Shown one piece after another: positions 26,111 through 38,131 of a stretch of 64,000 bases of DNA. Within the stretch, counting starts at the first letter, position 1, and the number at the start of each line of letters is the position of its first letter. The position numbers and the translations under genes were made by a program. A model generated the notes under the pieces. The model was not told the origin of the DNA. It did no database searches and saw only the letters and a program-made list of their open reading frames with translations. This DNA comes from Stegostoma tigrinum. Its lineage: Eukaryota. Location of the stretch: positions 33,048,180-33,112,179 of the forward strand of contig NC_081383.1 in the NCBI RefSeq assembly GCF_030684315.1, in the 5' to 3' direction.

Positions 26111-26773
26111 CAGAAGAGCCACGATCTAACACCTTTAGCTGGAGCACACTGAGTCTGGAGGCTGTAAAAGCATTTGGTTGTGTGCCTGACGAGGAATGTA
26201 CATTGTGACCATCAAGAATATTGAAGATGTATTGAGACACCGAAGAGTGGAATATGACACATGGAGAAAAGATTTATTATTGCATTTTCAGCAATGTTTT
26301 TCTCTCGAGTTTGTATACCTGATGTGGAATGTTTATTGTACATGTTAAGAGTACAATATTACAATTATATCGAGGCACCTAACAGTGAAACACGCTGTGT
26401 GAACACAAGTTGAATTTTCTTGCACTTTCTGTAATTTTTTCATTGGAAATATTTTGTACTGTACTTCTGCAAATTTTATGAATAAAGAAAGTTTTGAGAA
26501 AACAGAAGATTTTCTCTGAATGTGCTGTGAATGGCCTGTTCTCACTGAAATGGCAAGAAAGCTGGGAAGGAAAGCATTGGGGCAATGAAGTAACTGTGTA
26601 ATAACTCAATTTTAATCCGTTGTAAAAATTAAATTAGCACTTCTTGTTGAGAAGCTGACAAGTAGTAAAGTCATAAATCCCTACAGAGTGGAAGCAGACC
26701 ACTTGGCCTATTGAGTCCACACTGGCCCCCTGAAGGCCATCCCGCCCAGATGTGTACAACACTATTTTAGTGC

Positions 26774-26988
26774 TAGAATGAACTGCAGATGCTGGAGAAT
26801 CTGAGATACCAAGGTGGAGAGCTGGATGAACACGGCAGGCCAAGCAGCATCGGAGGAGCAGGAAGGCCGATATTTCAGGCCTAGACCCTTCTTCAGAAAA
26901 AGGGTCTTCTGAAGAAGGGTATAGCCCGAAATGTTGGCCTTCCTGCTCCTCTGATATTGCTTGGCCTGCCGTGTTCATCCAGCTCTAC
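26774..26988. mobile_element. Palindromic mini element (pseudo-LTR of the 33645 family)
   Basis: Inverted arms centred near 26900; degenerate TSD acactattttagtgc / acacgatcttagtgc. Confidence 0.78.
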
Positions 26989-28177
26989 ACACGATCTTAG
27001 TGCCTCGTGTACATACATAAAGATTTTCCTTTTATGAATGAAGTATATTTTTCCAGATAAAAATAGAATGGAAAGAATCTACCATTCTTACCTGGCCAGG
27101 CATAAATATGACTTCAGATCCACATCAATGTGGTTCACTCTTAACTCCCCCTGAAATGGCCTACACAGCCAAGCAGGATGGGCAACACATGCCACTCTTG
27201 TCAGTGACACACATCCCACACAAAAATAGGCTTTTCTATTTCAAACTCTTGTTTCTTCTCTACTCAACAATGTAGCATAGGTAGCTTATTCTGGCACACA
27301 ACATTGCTGTTCATGTGACTTAGTCTGCCGTGCCGATCATGTCAGGTGTATTTTAGTTGTTGCTCTGAACCCGAGCCCGTTACATTTCTCCTTTTCTCTT
27401 GCTATTTTTTCTCCACTTCTCTTAACTGCCTTCCAACATGGGCCCTTTTTCTATCCTAGTCTCAGTCCCCTACCTTTATAAATCCCAATTCTTCGGCACT
27501 AATTAACTTCCCAACTCTTCTGCTTCTGCTGTCAGGCTTGATTAAATATTAAATAGTCCTAAGACTGGATCTTACCATTTTTAGCGAAGTATGAGTTGTA
27601 TTGGGTTTTGTTTGGATGGCGTTCCGCTCTGTTACCTAGCAAATTTTCATGCTTGTATCTTATCAAACTTTGCCTGACGTTTTACCTATCCCGTATCACA
27701 TCTCTCATGCCTGCTGCAAGGTTAGCTGCCCTTTGTTTTGGACAAGGCAGGCAGGGATATCGGTGTCCTGCTTTGTGGGCAGTGCCCTGGAGGCCCTCAT
27801 GAACTAAGTGGAGCACAAGTGAGAATTCCTCATTTCCCCCCCCTCAGCCCTGCCCCCAGGTCCAGCAGTAGAGGCAACATTGCCAGGCCTTGCCAGAAGT
27901 TGGCACCTGGGCTGAAGCAGTTTCAGAATGCCCTTCCCCTCCCCCATTACTGAAAAAGGGTCTACACCTGAAACATCAGCTTTCCTGCTCCTCTGATGCT
28001 GCTTGGCCTGCTGTATTCATCCAGCTCTACACCTTGTTACCTCACTTATCTGTAGAACCAGTTTAATTCCCCAATTGATTTTCTCAACTGATCTGCATAA
28101 TCCTCAGCTATAAAGTCTTCTTTTCAAGAGGATCTTTCTTGATTTGTTGGGGTTCTATTAACATTCTGTACAGCAGC

Positions 28178-28465
28178 AGGGGCCCAGCTTCGATCGGGCG
28201 ACTGTGAGGAGTTTGAACATTCTCCCCGTGTCTGCATGGGTTTCCTCTGAGTGCTCTGGTTTCCTCCCACAGTCCAAAATGTGCTGGTTAGGCGGGATGG
28301 CCATGCTAAATTTCCCATAGTGTCTAGGGATGTGTAGATTAGGTGATTATCCATGGGAAATGCAAGGTTACAGGGATGGTGTGGGTCTGGATGGGATGCA
28401 CTTCAAAGGTTTGTGCAGACACAATGGGCCAAATGTCTTCTTTCCACACTTTGGGAATTCTATGG
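28178..28465 (+). mobile_element. HE1-type SINE, 5'-damaged
   Basis: cattctccccgtgtctgcatgggtttcc...ccacagtccaaa core. Confidence 0.8.
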
Positions 28466-29361
28466 TTTCAATTACTGGATCTGCTTTTTGCAAAATGCCA
28501 AACAGTTTTTCGCAGGATATATGTAGCTGAAAAAATGCCACACTCTGGCTGCATTGTTTAGCTCGGATACACCCTTATTTAACCTCATAATTTCTCATGT
28601 ATATCTTTACCTTCTTTATGAAATTGTTCTCTGCTGCTTGATATCAATGAGGTTATGTTCCCATGAATGTGTCACTGAAAGCGTTGGGAAAATTCTCAAG
28701 CTTACAATTTCAACTAAATGGGGGAAGTTGACACTCATAAGAGCCTAAGAAATGGGAGCAGAAGTGGGAAATCTCGCCCCTTGAACTTGCTCTGCCATTC
28801 AATAAGATCGTGGCTGATCTTTTCGTGGACTCAGCTCCAATTATCCATCAATTCATCAGAACCCTTAATTCCTTTACTTTTCAAAAGTCTACCTATCTTT
28901 GCCTATCTCTCCCTGGTCATCCAGTTTTTCTGTATGGCCCTGAGCTATAGGCCTGGCCTTGGCTTTGTAAATACTTTTGAAAAGCACTTCATCCATCTAA
29001 TACTGGCTTTGTCTTTTTTTATTAATAAAATGTTTCCTTGACCAATTTACCATCTAACATATTGGTACCACTGCAGCTTCTCAATCAATGAGAAGCATCA
29101 TTTGATCATCCTTGTCAGTTCTTTGGCCCTTAAACTATGTCTGGGTTTCCTGTCCATATTTGGATAACTACTAATCAATCTGCCCCTTCTGTGACTCTAT
29201 TTTGTTTCACAAGTTTTCAATCTGTTCCTGCACCAGGAATAACATTAGGCCCACTGCTTCAGCACGGCCGCAGCTTACACTGTGCATTCCGGCTTTCCAT
29301 ATTTTTGCTTCCTTCTTCCAATCCATTTAACCTGATATTCTGGCCTTAGTCATCTACCTAA

Positions 29362-29700
29362 GGGGGAGGCAATGGCCTAGTGATATTATCTCTGGACTGT
29401 TAATCTAGAGACCCAGATCATGTTCTGGGGACCCGGGTCCGAATCCTGTCATGGCAGATGGTGGAATTTGAAATCAAAAAATATCTGGAATTGACAGTCT
29501 GATGATGACCATGAATCCAATGCCAATTGTTGGAAAAACCCATCTGGTTCACTAATGTCCTTTAGGGAAGGAAACTGCCATCCTTACCTGTCTGGCCTAC
29601 ATGTGACTCCAGACTCACAGCAATGTGGTTGACTCTTAACTGCCCTCTGGGCAATAAATGCTGCCTGGCCAGTGACACCCTCATCCCGTGAATGAACAAA
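29362..29700 (+). mobile_element. Second tRNA-derived SINE family (about 340 nt, ends in tgaa repeats)
   Basis: tggcctagtg A box, B box-like gtccgaatcc; near-identical copies at 30910-31265, 43618-43913, 62705-63041, 37797-38131 (minus) and 1-100. Confidence 0.85.
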
Positions 29701-30909
29701 GAAAAAAAAAATCATCCAGGCAGTTTTGTATTACCGTGTGGTCTTTTCCACAGTGGTAGCCTCCCTCCACTCAATTGTCTCTTTCTGGTATAAATGCCAA
29801 TGTTCAAAGGTTGGTCTTTATGATAATGTAGTTATCCAGTTGTGGTGCACCTTCCATTCTTATCACCTGTTCAGGTTCAATCATTGTGTGATCGGTGCCA
29901 GGAAACTGTATGGCATCCAGTCTAATTTTTTGCCCGGCAGATTATCATTTTGCTACCAGTGCCTATAATTTTTCCTCAGCCTCTCTGATTCCTTTTGCTC
30001 TTTGCCTTTACAATACACCGTGCCACCCTGATTAAAATTCTTTTCTGACGACCTGATATGATCCCTGAAAGCTCTCCTGATTGTTTCTGAAACTTACATC
30101 TTAATTATTGCTTTTCTACCTGTACATATGGTATTCAAATGGCTGTGAAAATTGAACTAATTATAGGCCCTTCCAGAACTGGTTGGGGTGAGGGGATGAT
30201 CTGATATTATTGAAGGGATTTTGGATTCCTGCAGTAAGCTAATTGATACGGTCTGTAGCCTCCAACCATTTGAAGAGTGATTTTTGTATTCACTGCTTAT
30301 GTGAAAGCAGTTGTCAATTTACAATTTGGTTGCTTAGCTAAAAACTTTCAGAGGCATTTAATCAGTCATGGCGTGTTTTCTCTCACAAATCCCCTTACTA
30401 AAAGGATTTTCTGCTGCTGAGAACATTACTACAACCTGCAGATTCTCATGCAAACTCCTGAAATCCACATTGGCATATTTTCCTCCACTGTCTTTTAGGA
30501 ATTTAGCTGATGCTCCTAACCCCATTTCCTAGCCATCTTTCCATGATTTTAATAAAAGTTTTATTTTCTTTGCTATAAATTATAAAAGACTAAATCCAGT
30601 TTTTGTCATTTTCCCAAATCTTGAGATATATCATGATAGTTATATTGAAGACTCTTGCCAACGACAGACTTATTATGGATCAAAATGGCATTTTATTACA
30701 TCTTTTACACATATCACTAAATCTAGTGTATTCCTCATGATGTATCCGTGCATCCTGGAGCAGAACATTCATTGAGTCATAGAATCACACAGCACGGAAA
30801 CAGACCCTTCGGTTCCACTCATCCATGACAAACTACTAGTCCCACTTGTCTGCATTTGACCCACATCCCTTCTAAACCTTTCCTATTCATGTAACTTTAG
30901 AGATCTTTA

Positions 30910-31265
30910 GAGGGAGGCAATGGCTTTGTGGTAATATCGCTGGGCAATTAATCCAGAGACCCAGATAGTGTTCTGGGGACCAGGGTTCGAATCCCACCAC
31001 AGCAGATGGTGGAATTCGAATTCAATAAAATATCTGGAATTAAGAATCTAATGATGACCATGAATCCCTTGTGAATTGTTGGAATAACCCATCTGATTCA
31101 GTAATGTCCTTAAGAGGAGGAAAGTGCCATCGTCACCTGGTCTGGCCTACGTGTGACTCCAGACCCACAGCTAAAGTGGTTGACTCTGAACTGCCCTCTG
31201 TGCAGTTAGAGATGGACAAAAAAATGATGCCTAGCCAATGATGCCCACAGCCCATGAATGAATAA
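30910..31265 (+). mobile_element. tRNA-derived SINE, family of 29362, inserted in a CR1 3' fragment
   Basis: gggttcgaatccc B box; colinear with 29362-29700. Confidence 0.85.
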
Positions 31266-32033
31266 ATAGAGAATAAATGTAACTATACCTGCATCCACCA
31301 CATTCTGCACCAGTTCAATCCACATACAAGTCATAACAAGATGAACATGCAAACATCAATGTTGCATTGAAATAAGCTGTTTCTTTCTCTGCAAATTCCA
31401 ATTCCCAAATGCCAACAATAACTCTCGAACATTCTGCCTTGGGAGGATCGGTCTTGCTAAGGGAACACAATGATTTCCTGACTGTGTAAATTGCAAAGTT
31501 ATAGATCCCACAAAGTAGATTGCTTTATCATGCTCCAAAACTATCATAGAAGGCTTACTTAACAGTGAAAGTACTTCAGTAAATTGTACATCAGTATTTA
31601 TTAAGTGCTTTATCCCATCTATTTTACACGAAATCAGTGATTTCAACGCATGTCGGAACTTGAAGTAAGCAGAACAGGCATACTCTTTGACATTCCATTG
31701 GTCTTCCTTCCTTATGAAATTCACTTAATATTTTAAACTATCCACTGAATGTATTGTGGACATATATTTATTATCTTGGACAGTGCAAATAAGCACATCC
31801 ATGACAATAATGCTTACTACTGGACTGCAGCTTCTGGTAACCTATATGACTCTTTCTGGTAAGTCAGTATCATTCTTCCTCTCCTTTCAAAACCCTTTCA
31901 TTCCTTTTTGGTGAAATTCAACATTTTATCCTCCACTTAGGTGTCATTGCTGAAAAATCCATGAAAATAGCAAGAAATGAATGCTCTTCCCATTTTTTCG
32001 AAAGCTTTTGGACATCTTTTGGACAATTTGGAC

Positions 32034-32165
32034 NNNNNNNNNNNNNNNNNNNNNNNNNNNNNNNNNNNNNNNNNNNNNNNNNNNNNNNNNNNNNNNNNNN
32101 NNNNNNNNNNNNNNNNNNNNNNNNNNNNNNNNNNNNNNNNNNNNNNNNNNNNNNNNNNNNNNNNN
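32034..32165. other. Assembly gap (132 N)
   Basis: Run of n characters. Confidence 1.
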
Positions 32166-32990
32166 GAACATCCGACAGACCCTGTCCTGCCTCCCTGAGA
32201 CCTGGAGCTTCGTACCGAACTAGTGCATTCCTGCTTCCTTCCACCTCTCTGCACCTGACCCACCTTCCTGTCCTCCATATCCTACCTTCCCTTTCATCCA
32301 CCATTGGACACATTCCTCCCTTCTGCTGCTTTCCACCCAACCCAACTCACCCTGATCACCTCCTCTACCCTTTGACCTGGCACCCGGCTTCATTCCTCGC
32401 TGGACCCAATTCTCTGCCCTACTCTGACCTAGTATAAACTCTGCATCACTTACTTTGCTCCCTTGTCACCATGCAGCCTGGCTCCCTATGCCCTTCCTGC
32501 TTGGCACTATAACCAGATGACACTCTACTCAACTGGCACCCTACTTACTTGGCAACTTATTTACATGGCAACCTACCCAGCTGGCATTCAAGCTACCTGA
32601 CTCTCTGCTGCCCTATCCCACATAGTACATTAAATACCTGCTCCTCCACCCCTATTTGTTTCACATTCTAGCCCCTGGCATCCTAGCCAGCTGACACCCT
32701 ACTTACATGGCAAATTGACACCTACTTACCAAACACGCTACTGACCTGACACCCTAATATCAAGCCACCTGGCATCCTACCACTGACATACACTCCTTAC
32801 CCACCTGACATCCTACATTCCAGATGCCCTGGCCCACTATCCACCTGGCACCCTTTGTACTTGGCATCCAAAACAGTACCCATCCGATATTCTACCACCC
32901 AGCACCGTATTCAGCTGTTACCCTGCTTAAAAGGCACTCTACCCACTATCTTACTGAATTTGTAAGCCCCAGCTCCTGCTGGTTCCCAAC
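32166..32990. repeat. Degenerate C-rich tandem-like repeat (unit resembling acctggcaccctac)
   Basis: Recurrent ctggcaccc / ctgacaccc / ctggcatcc words next to the gap. Confidence 0.6.
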
Positions 32991-33644
32991 CCAGCTTCAG
33001 AACAGGGGAACATGAATAGGCATTCAGCCCCTTGAACATGTACTGCCATTCGATAAGATCGTGACTGATCCGCCTAACTCCTTATGTTTGCTTTTGATCC
33101 ATATCCATTGATTCCCTTGCTTAATAAAAAATATGTTTATCTCAGATTTAAAAATTGAATGAGCATTGACCACCACTTGAGGAAGAGAGTTCCAAACCTC
33201 TAAATTCTTTTGGTGTAGAAGTGCTTTCTGATGTCTCTTGTAAATAGCCTGGCCTTAATTTTTAGACTCTGCCCCATGGTTCTAGAATCTTTAACCAGTG
33301 GATATTGTTTATCTTCATCTATCCAGTCTTTCCCTGCTAAAATCCTGAAAGTTCTGATTAGATCACCCCGTAACTTTCCAAATTCTAGAGAATAAAGGCC
33401 TAATTTGTGTAATCTCCCCATATAACCTAACCTCTGCAGTGCATGATATCATCCTTGTAAACCTAATTCACATAATCTATTAATATCTTCTTGTAATTTT
33501 ATGCTCTTGTCAACACTGTTCATAGTGCTGCCCAAGTTTGCACTATCAGCAAATTTGGATATTTGACTTCTTTTCCAGGTTGTTTATGAGTATTGTGAAT
33601 ACATGAGGTCCCAACACAGATGGGACACCGCTGTTTATATCCTG

Positions 33645-35786
33645 AGATAATGGGAACTGCAGATGCTGGAGAATCCAAGACAACAAAATGTGAGGCTGGA
33701 TGAACACAGCAGGCCAAGCAGCATCTCAGGAGCACAAAAGCTGATGTTTCAGGCCTAGACCCTTCATCAGAGAGGGGGATGGGGTGAGGGTTCTGGAATA
33801 AATAGGGAGAGAGGGGGAGGCGGACCGAAGATGGAGAGAAAAGAAGATAGGTGGAGACAGTATAGGTGGGGAGGTAGGGAGGGGATAGGTCAGTCCAGGG
33901 AAGACGGACAGGTCAAGGAGGTGGGATGAGGTTAGTAGGTAGGAGATGGGGGTGTGGCTTGGGGTGGGAGGAAGGGATGGGTGAGAGGAAGAACAGGTTA
34001 GGGAGGCAGAGACAGGTTGGATTGGTTTTGGGATGCAGTGGGTGGAGGGGAAGAGCTGGGCTGGTTGTGTGGTGCAGTGGGGGGAGGGGACGAACTGGGC
34101 TGGTTTAGGGATGCGGTGGGGGAAGGGGAGATTTTGAAGCTGCTGAAGTCCACATTGATACCATTAGGCTGCAGGGCTCCCAAGCGGAATATGAGTTGCT
34201 GTTCCTGCAACCTTCAGGTGGCATCATTGTGGCACTGCAGGAGGCCCATGATGGACATGTCACCCCACCTCTTCCTCCGGTACATTGATGACTGTATCGG
34301 CGCCACCTCTTGCTCCCCAGAGGAGCTCGAACAGTTCATCCACTTCACCAACACCTTCCACCCCAACCTTCAGTTCACCTGGGCCATCTCCAGCACATCC
34401 CTCACCTTCCTGGATCTCTCAGTCTCCATCTCAGGCAACCAGCTGGTAACCGATGTCCATTTCAAGCCCACCGACTCCCACAGCTACCTAGAATACACCT
34501 CCTCCCACCCACCCTCCTGCAAAAATTCCACCCCCTATTCCCAATTCCTCCGCCTCCGCCGCATCTGCTCCATGATAAGACATTCTACTCCCTCACATCC
34601 CAGATGTCCAAGTTCTTCAAGGACCGCAACTTTCCCCTCACAGTGATCGAGAACGCCCTTGACTGCGTCTCCCGTATTTCCGGCAGCACATCCCTCACAC
34701 CCTGTCCCCGCCACAACTGCCCTAAGAGGATCCCCCTCGTTCTCACACACCACCCCACCAACCTCCGGATACAACGCATCATCCTCCGACACTTCCGCCA
34801 TTTACAATCCGACCCCACCACCCAAGACATTTTTCCATCCCCACCCCTGTCTGCTTTCCGGAGAGACCACTCTCTCCGTGACTCCCTTGTTTGCTCCACA
34901 CTGCCCTCCAACCCCACCACACCCGGCACCTTCCCCTGCAACCGTAGGAAATGCTACACTTGCCCCCACACCTCTTCCCTCACCCCTATCCCAGGCCCCA
35001 AGATGATATTCCACATTAAGCAGAGGTTCACCTGCACATCTGCCAATGTGGTATACTGCATCCACTGTACCCGGTGTGGCTTCCTCTACATTGGGGAAAC
35101 CAAGTGGAGGCTAAGGGACCACTTTGCAGAACACCTCCGCTCGGTTCGCAACAAACAACTGCACCTCCCAGTCGCAAACCATTTCCACTCCCCCTCCCAT
35201 TCTCTTGATGACATGTCCATCATGGGCCTCCTGCAGTGCCACAATGAAGCCACCCGAAGGTTGCAGGAACAGCAACTCATATTCCGCCTGGGAACCCTGC
35301 AGCCTAATGGTATCAATGTGGACTTCACCAGTTTCAAAATCTCCCCTTCCCCTACTGCATCCCTAAACCAGCCCAGTTCGTCCCCTCCCCCCACTGCACC
35401 ACACAACCAGCCCAGCTCTTCCCCTCCACCCACTGCATCCCAAAACCAGTCCAACCTGTCTCTGCCTCCCTAACCGGTTCTTCCTCTCACCCATCCCTTC
35501 CTCCCACCCCAAGCCACACCCCCATCTCCTACCTACTAACCTCATCCCACCTCCTTGACCTGTCCGTCTTCCCTGGACTGACCTATCCCCTCCCTACCTC
35601 CCCACCTATACTCTCTCCACCTATCTTCTTTTCTCTCCATCTTCGGTCCGCCTCCCCCTCTCTCCCTATTTATTCCAGAACCCTCTCCCCATCCCCCTCT
35701 CTGATGAAGGGTCTAGGCCCGAAACGTCAGCTTTTGTGCTCCTGAGATGCTGCTGGGCCTGCTGTGTTCATCCAGCCCCACATTTT
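33645..35786 (+). mobile_element. Penelope-like retroelement (5'-truncated RT plus GIY-YIG endonuclease) with inverted 5' pseudo-LTR
   Basis: LRYIDDC RT motif, [27 protein letters not shown] motif (ORF 34310..35473); arms 33684-34262 and 35209-35787 inverted; TSD gctgtttatatcctg at 33630-33644 and 35787-35801. Confidence 0.93.
35701..35728 (+). ncRNA. Minimal hammerhead ribozyme motif in Penelope pseudo-LTR
   Basis: CTGATGA-a-GGGTC-ta-GGCCC-GAAAC-GTC; identical motif on the minus strand at about 51029-51057. Confidence 0.65.
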
Positions 35787-37796
35787 GCTGTTTATATCCT
35801 GCCAATTTGAGTAGTTGTGCATTATTCCAATTCTGTTTCTTGCCACTCGGCCAATTTCCTATCCAAATCAACAAGTGGCTTCCACCTCAGCTAACAGTCC
35901 CTCATGTGGCACTCTCATCAAAAGACTTCTGGAAGTCCGTATAAACCTATGTGCATCACCTTCGCCACCTCTTCAAAAAACTCTATGAGGTTTGTCAGGC
36001 ATGACCTACCCTTTATGAATCCATGATAAGTGAAATTTTTTTGAGATGCTCAGTTACTCTATCCCTAATTATAGGCGCCAACATTTTCCCCACCAGTGAG
36101 GTTAGGCTAACTGGCTGGTAACTCCCTGGTTTCCCTCGGTCACCTTTCTTAAGGAGAGGAGTGACATGAGCAATTTTCCAATACAGAGGCACAATTCCCG
36201 AATTCAGGGAACTCTAAAAGATTATGGTTAGGGCATCAGCAATATGCTCTCCTATCTCCTTTAATGCCCGTGAATGAAAGCCATCAGGTCCCAGGGATTT
36301 ATCACTCCTTATTTCCACTAAGTTCCCCATTATTAATGATCTACTTTGTTTAATATTATTTCGACCTTGTCCATGATTCTCTGTTAATTTCATTGGGATG
36401 TCTGGCAAGCTATTGTCTTTTTCTGCTGCGGCTACTGAAAGAAAATAATTGTTCATCATGTCTGCCATTTTCCCCGCAGTCATTGACAATCTCTCCACCC
36501 TCAGCCTTCAATTGTACTCTTAAGCAGCTGCTCTCCCTTGAAATGACCACAAAGTCTCTTATTGTCTTTTCCAAGTTTCCTCCTTTTCAGCTGCTCCTCT
36601 AAGCTGCTTGGTGACCCTTTGTCGGGCTTTATATTTGTCCAATTCTGTGGAATCTGTATGGTTCCTTGCATTTTTATAAGCTCTTTCTTAAGTTTTATGC
36701 TGATCCTTTACCTCCTTAGATGTCCACGGTGGCTTTTTTCTGACGTGGAGCTTTATGTTCATGAAATGTTTCTTTGAATTCCTTTCATTGTTCCTCACTT
36801 GTTTTGTCTATTAGCAGAGCTTCCCCAGGTTTGCTGTGAACATTCTCTGCCTTATCCTATTAAAGCTTGCATTACTTAAATCCCAAATTCTAGAATCCAA
36901 TCGTTGCTTATCTTTTACATACACAACATGGAAATTAATTGTGTTATGATCACTATTTAAAAAATCCTCATGTACAACTGGGCCACCAATTAATTTGGGG
37001 TCATTACTCGTTAGTCCAAAGATGTACAAGTTAGGCAGATTGGCCATGCTGAATTACCCATAGTAAGCAGGGATATGTAGGTGTGTTAACCATGGGAAAT
37101 GTGGGGTTACAGGGATAGGTTAAGGGGGAATGTGTTTGGAAGAGATGCTTCTCAGAGGGTTGCTGTGAACATGTTGGGCTAATGGCCTGTTTCCACAATG
37201 TAAGGATTCGAAGTGTTGAATTCTCTAAGATTCATGATTAGATCCAATATTGCTTTGTCCCTTTGTCACATTCAAGGCATATTGCAGTAGGAAACTATAC
37301 TGGACAGGCTCTAGAAACTTACGTTTCTGATGGTTATTTTTCTGTCTCCCCCAGTTTACGTTAAGATTAAAATCTTCCACTAATACTACTCTGCTTTTGC
37401 TGTTTGGTTGCCTAATTACAGCATTTATACAATCCAGCATTCCTGAGCTATTACTAGGTGGTCTATGTAGAGTCATAGAGATGTACAGCAAGGAAACCTT
37501 CACTCCAGCTGGTTAATGCTGATCAGATATACTAAATAAATCTCGCCTCATTTGCCAGCATTTAGCCCATACCCCTTGCTATTCATGTACCCATCGAGAT
37601 GCCTTTCAAACATATTTGTACCAGCCTCCACTACTTGCTCTGACAGCTCACCCTCTGTGTGAAAAATTGCCCCTTAGGCCCCTTTTATATATTTTCCGTC
37701 TCACCTTAAACTTATGCCCTCTACTTCAGGACTCCCCTACCCTGGGAAAAAGACTTTAGCTATTCACCCTATCCATGACCCTCATGATTTTTTTTC

Positions 37797-38131
37797 TATT
37801 CATTAACGGGATGAGAACATTGTTAGCTAATTAGCCATTCCGAATTGCCAGAGGGCAGTTAAGAGTCAACCACATTTCTGTGGTTCTGGAGTCACATGTA
37901 GTTTGGGTAAAGATGGCAGTTTCTGTCCCTAAAGGGCATTAGTGAAACAGATAGGTTTTCCTGATAATCAACAATGGATTCACGGCCATCATTAGGCTGT
38001 AAATTCCAGATTATTTTATTGAATTCAAATTCCATCATCTGCCATGGCAGGATTCAAACCCCAGTCGCCGGAACATTACTTGGGTCTCCAGATTAACAGA
38101 CCGGCATTAATACCACTAGGCTATTGCTTCC
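37797..38131 (-). mobile_element. tRNA-derived SINE, family of 29362, nested in CR1
   Basis: Reverse complement of 29362-29700; CR1 sequence resumes on both sides. Confidence 0.82.

Noticed and set aside
31918-32437. ORFs containing X runs
   Set aside because: They span the 132-N assembly gap.
32166-32990. CRISPR-like or coding repeat array
   Set aside because: Eukaryotic context, irregular degenerate units with no constant repeat-spacer period.
34017-34646. 209-aa ORF as a novel chimeric protein
   Set aside because: Artefact of reading from the inverted arm across the junction into the RT frame.
34310-35473. 387-aa ORF as a host gene
   Set aside because: It is a frameshifted Penelope RT/GIY-YIG fragment with a second copy at 51312-52552.
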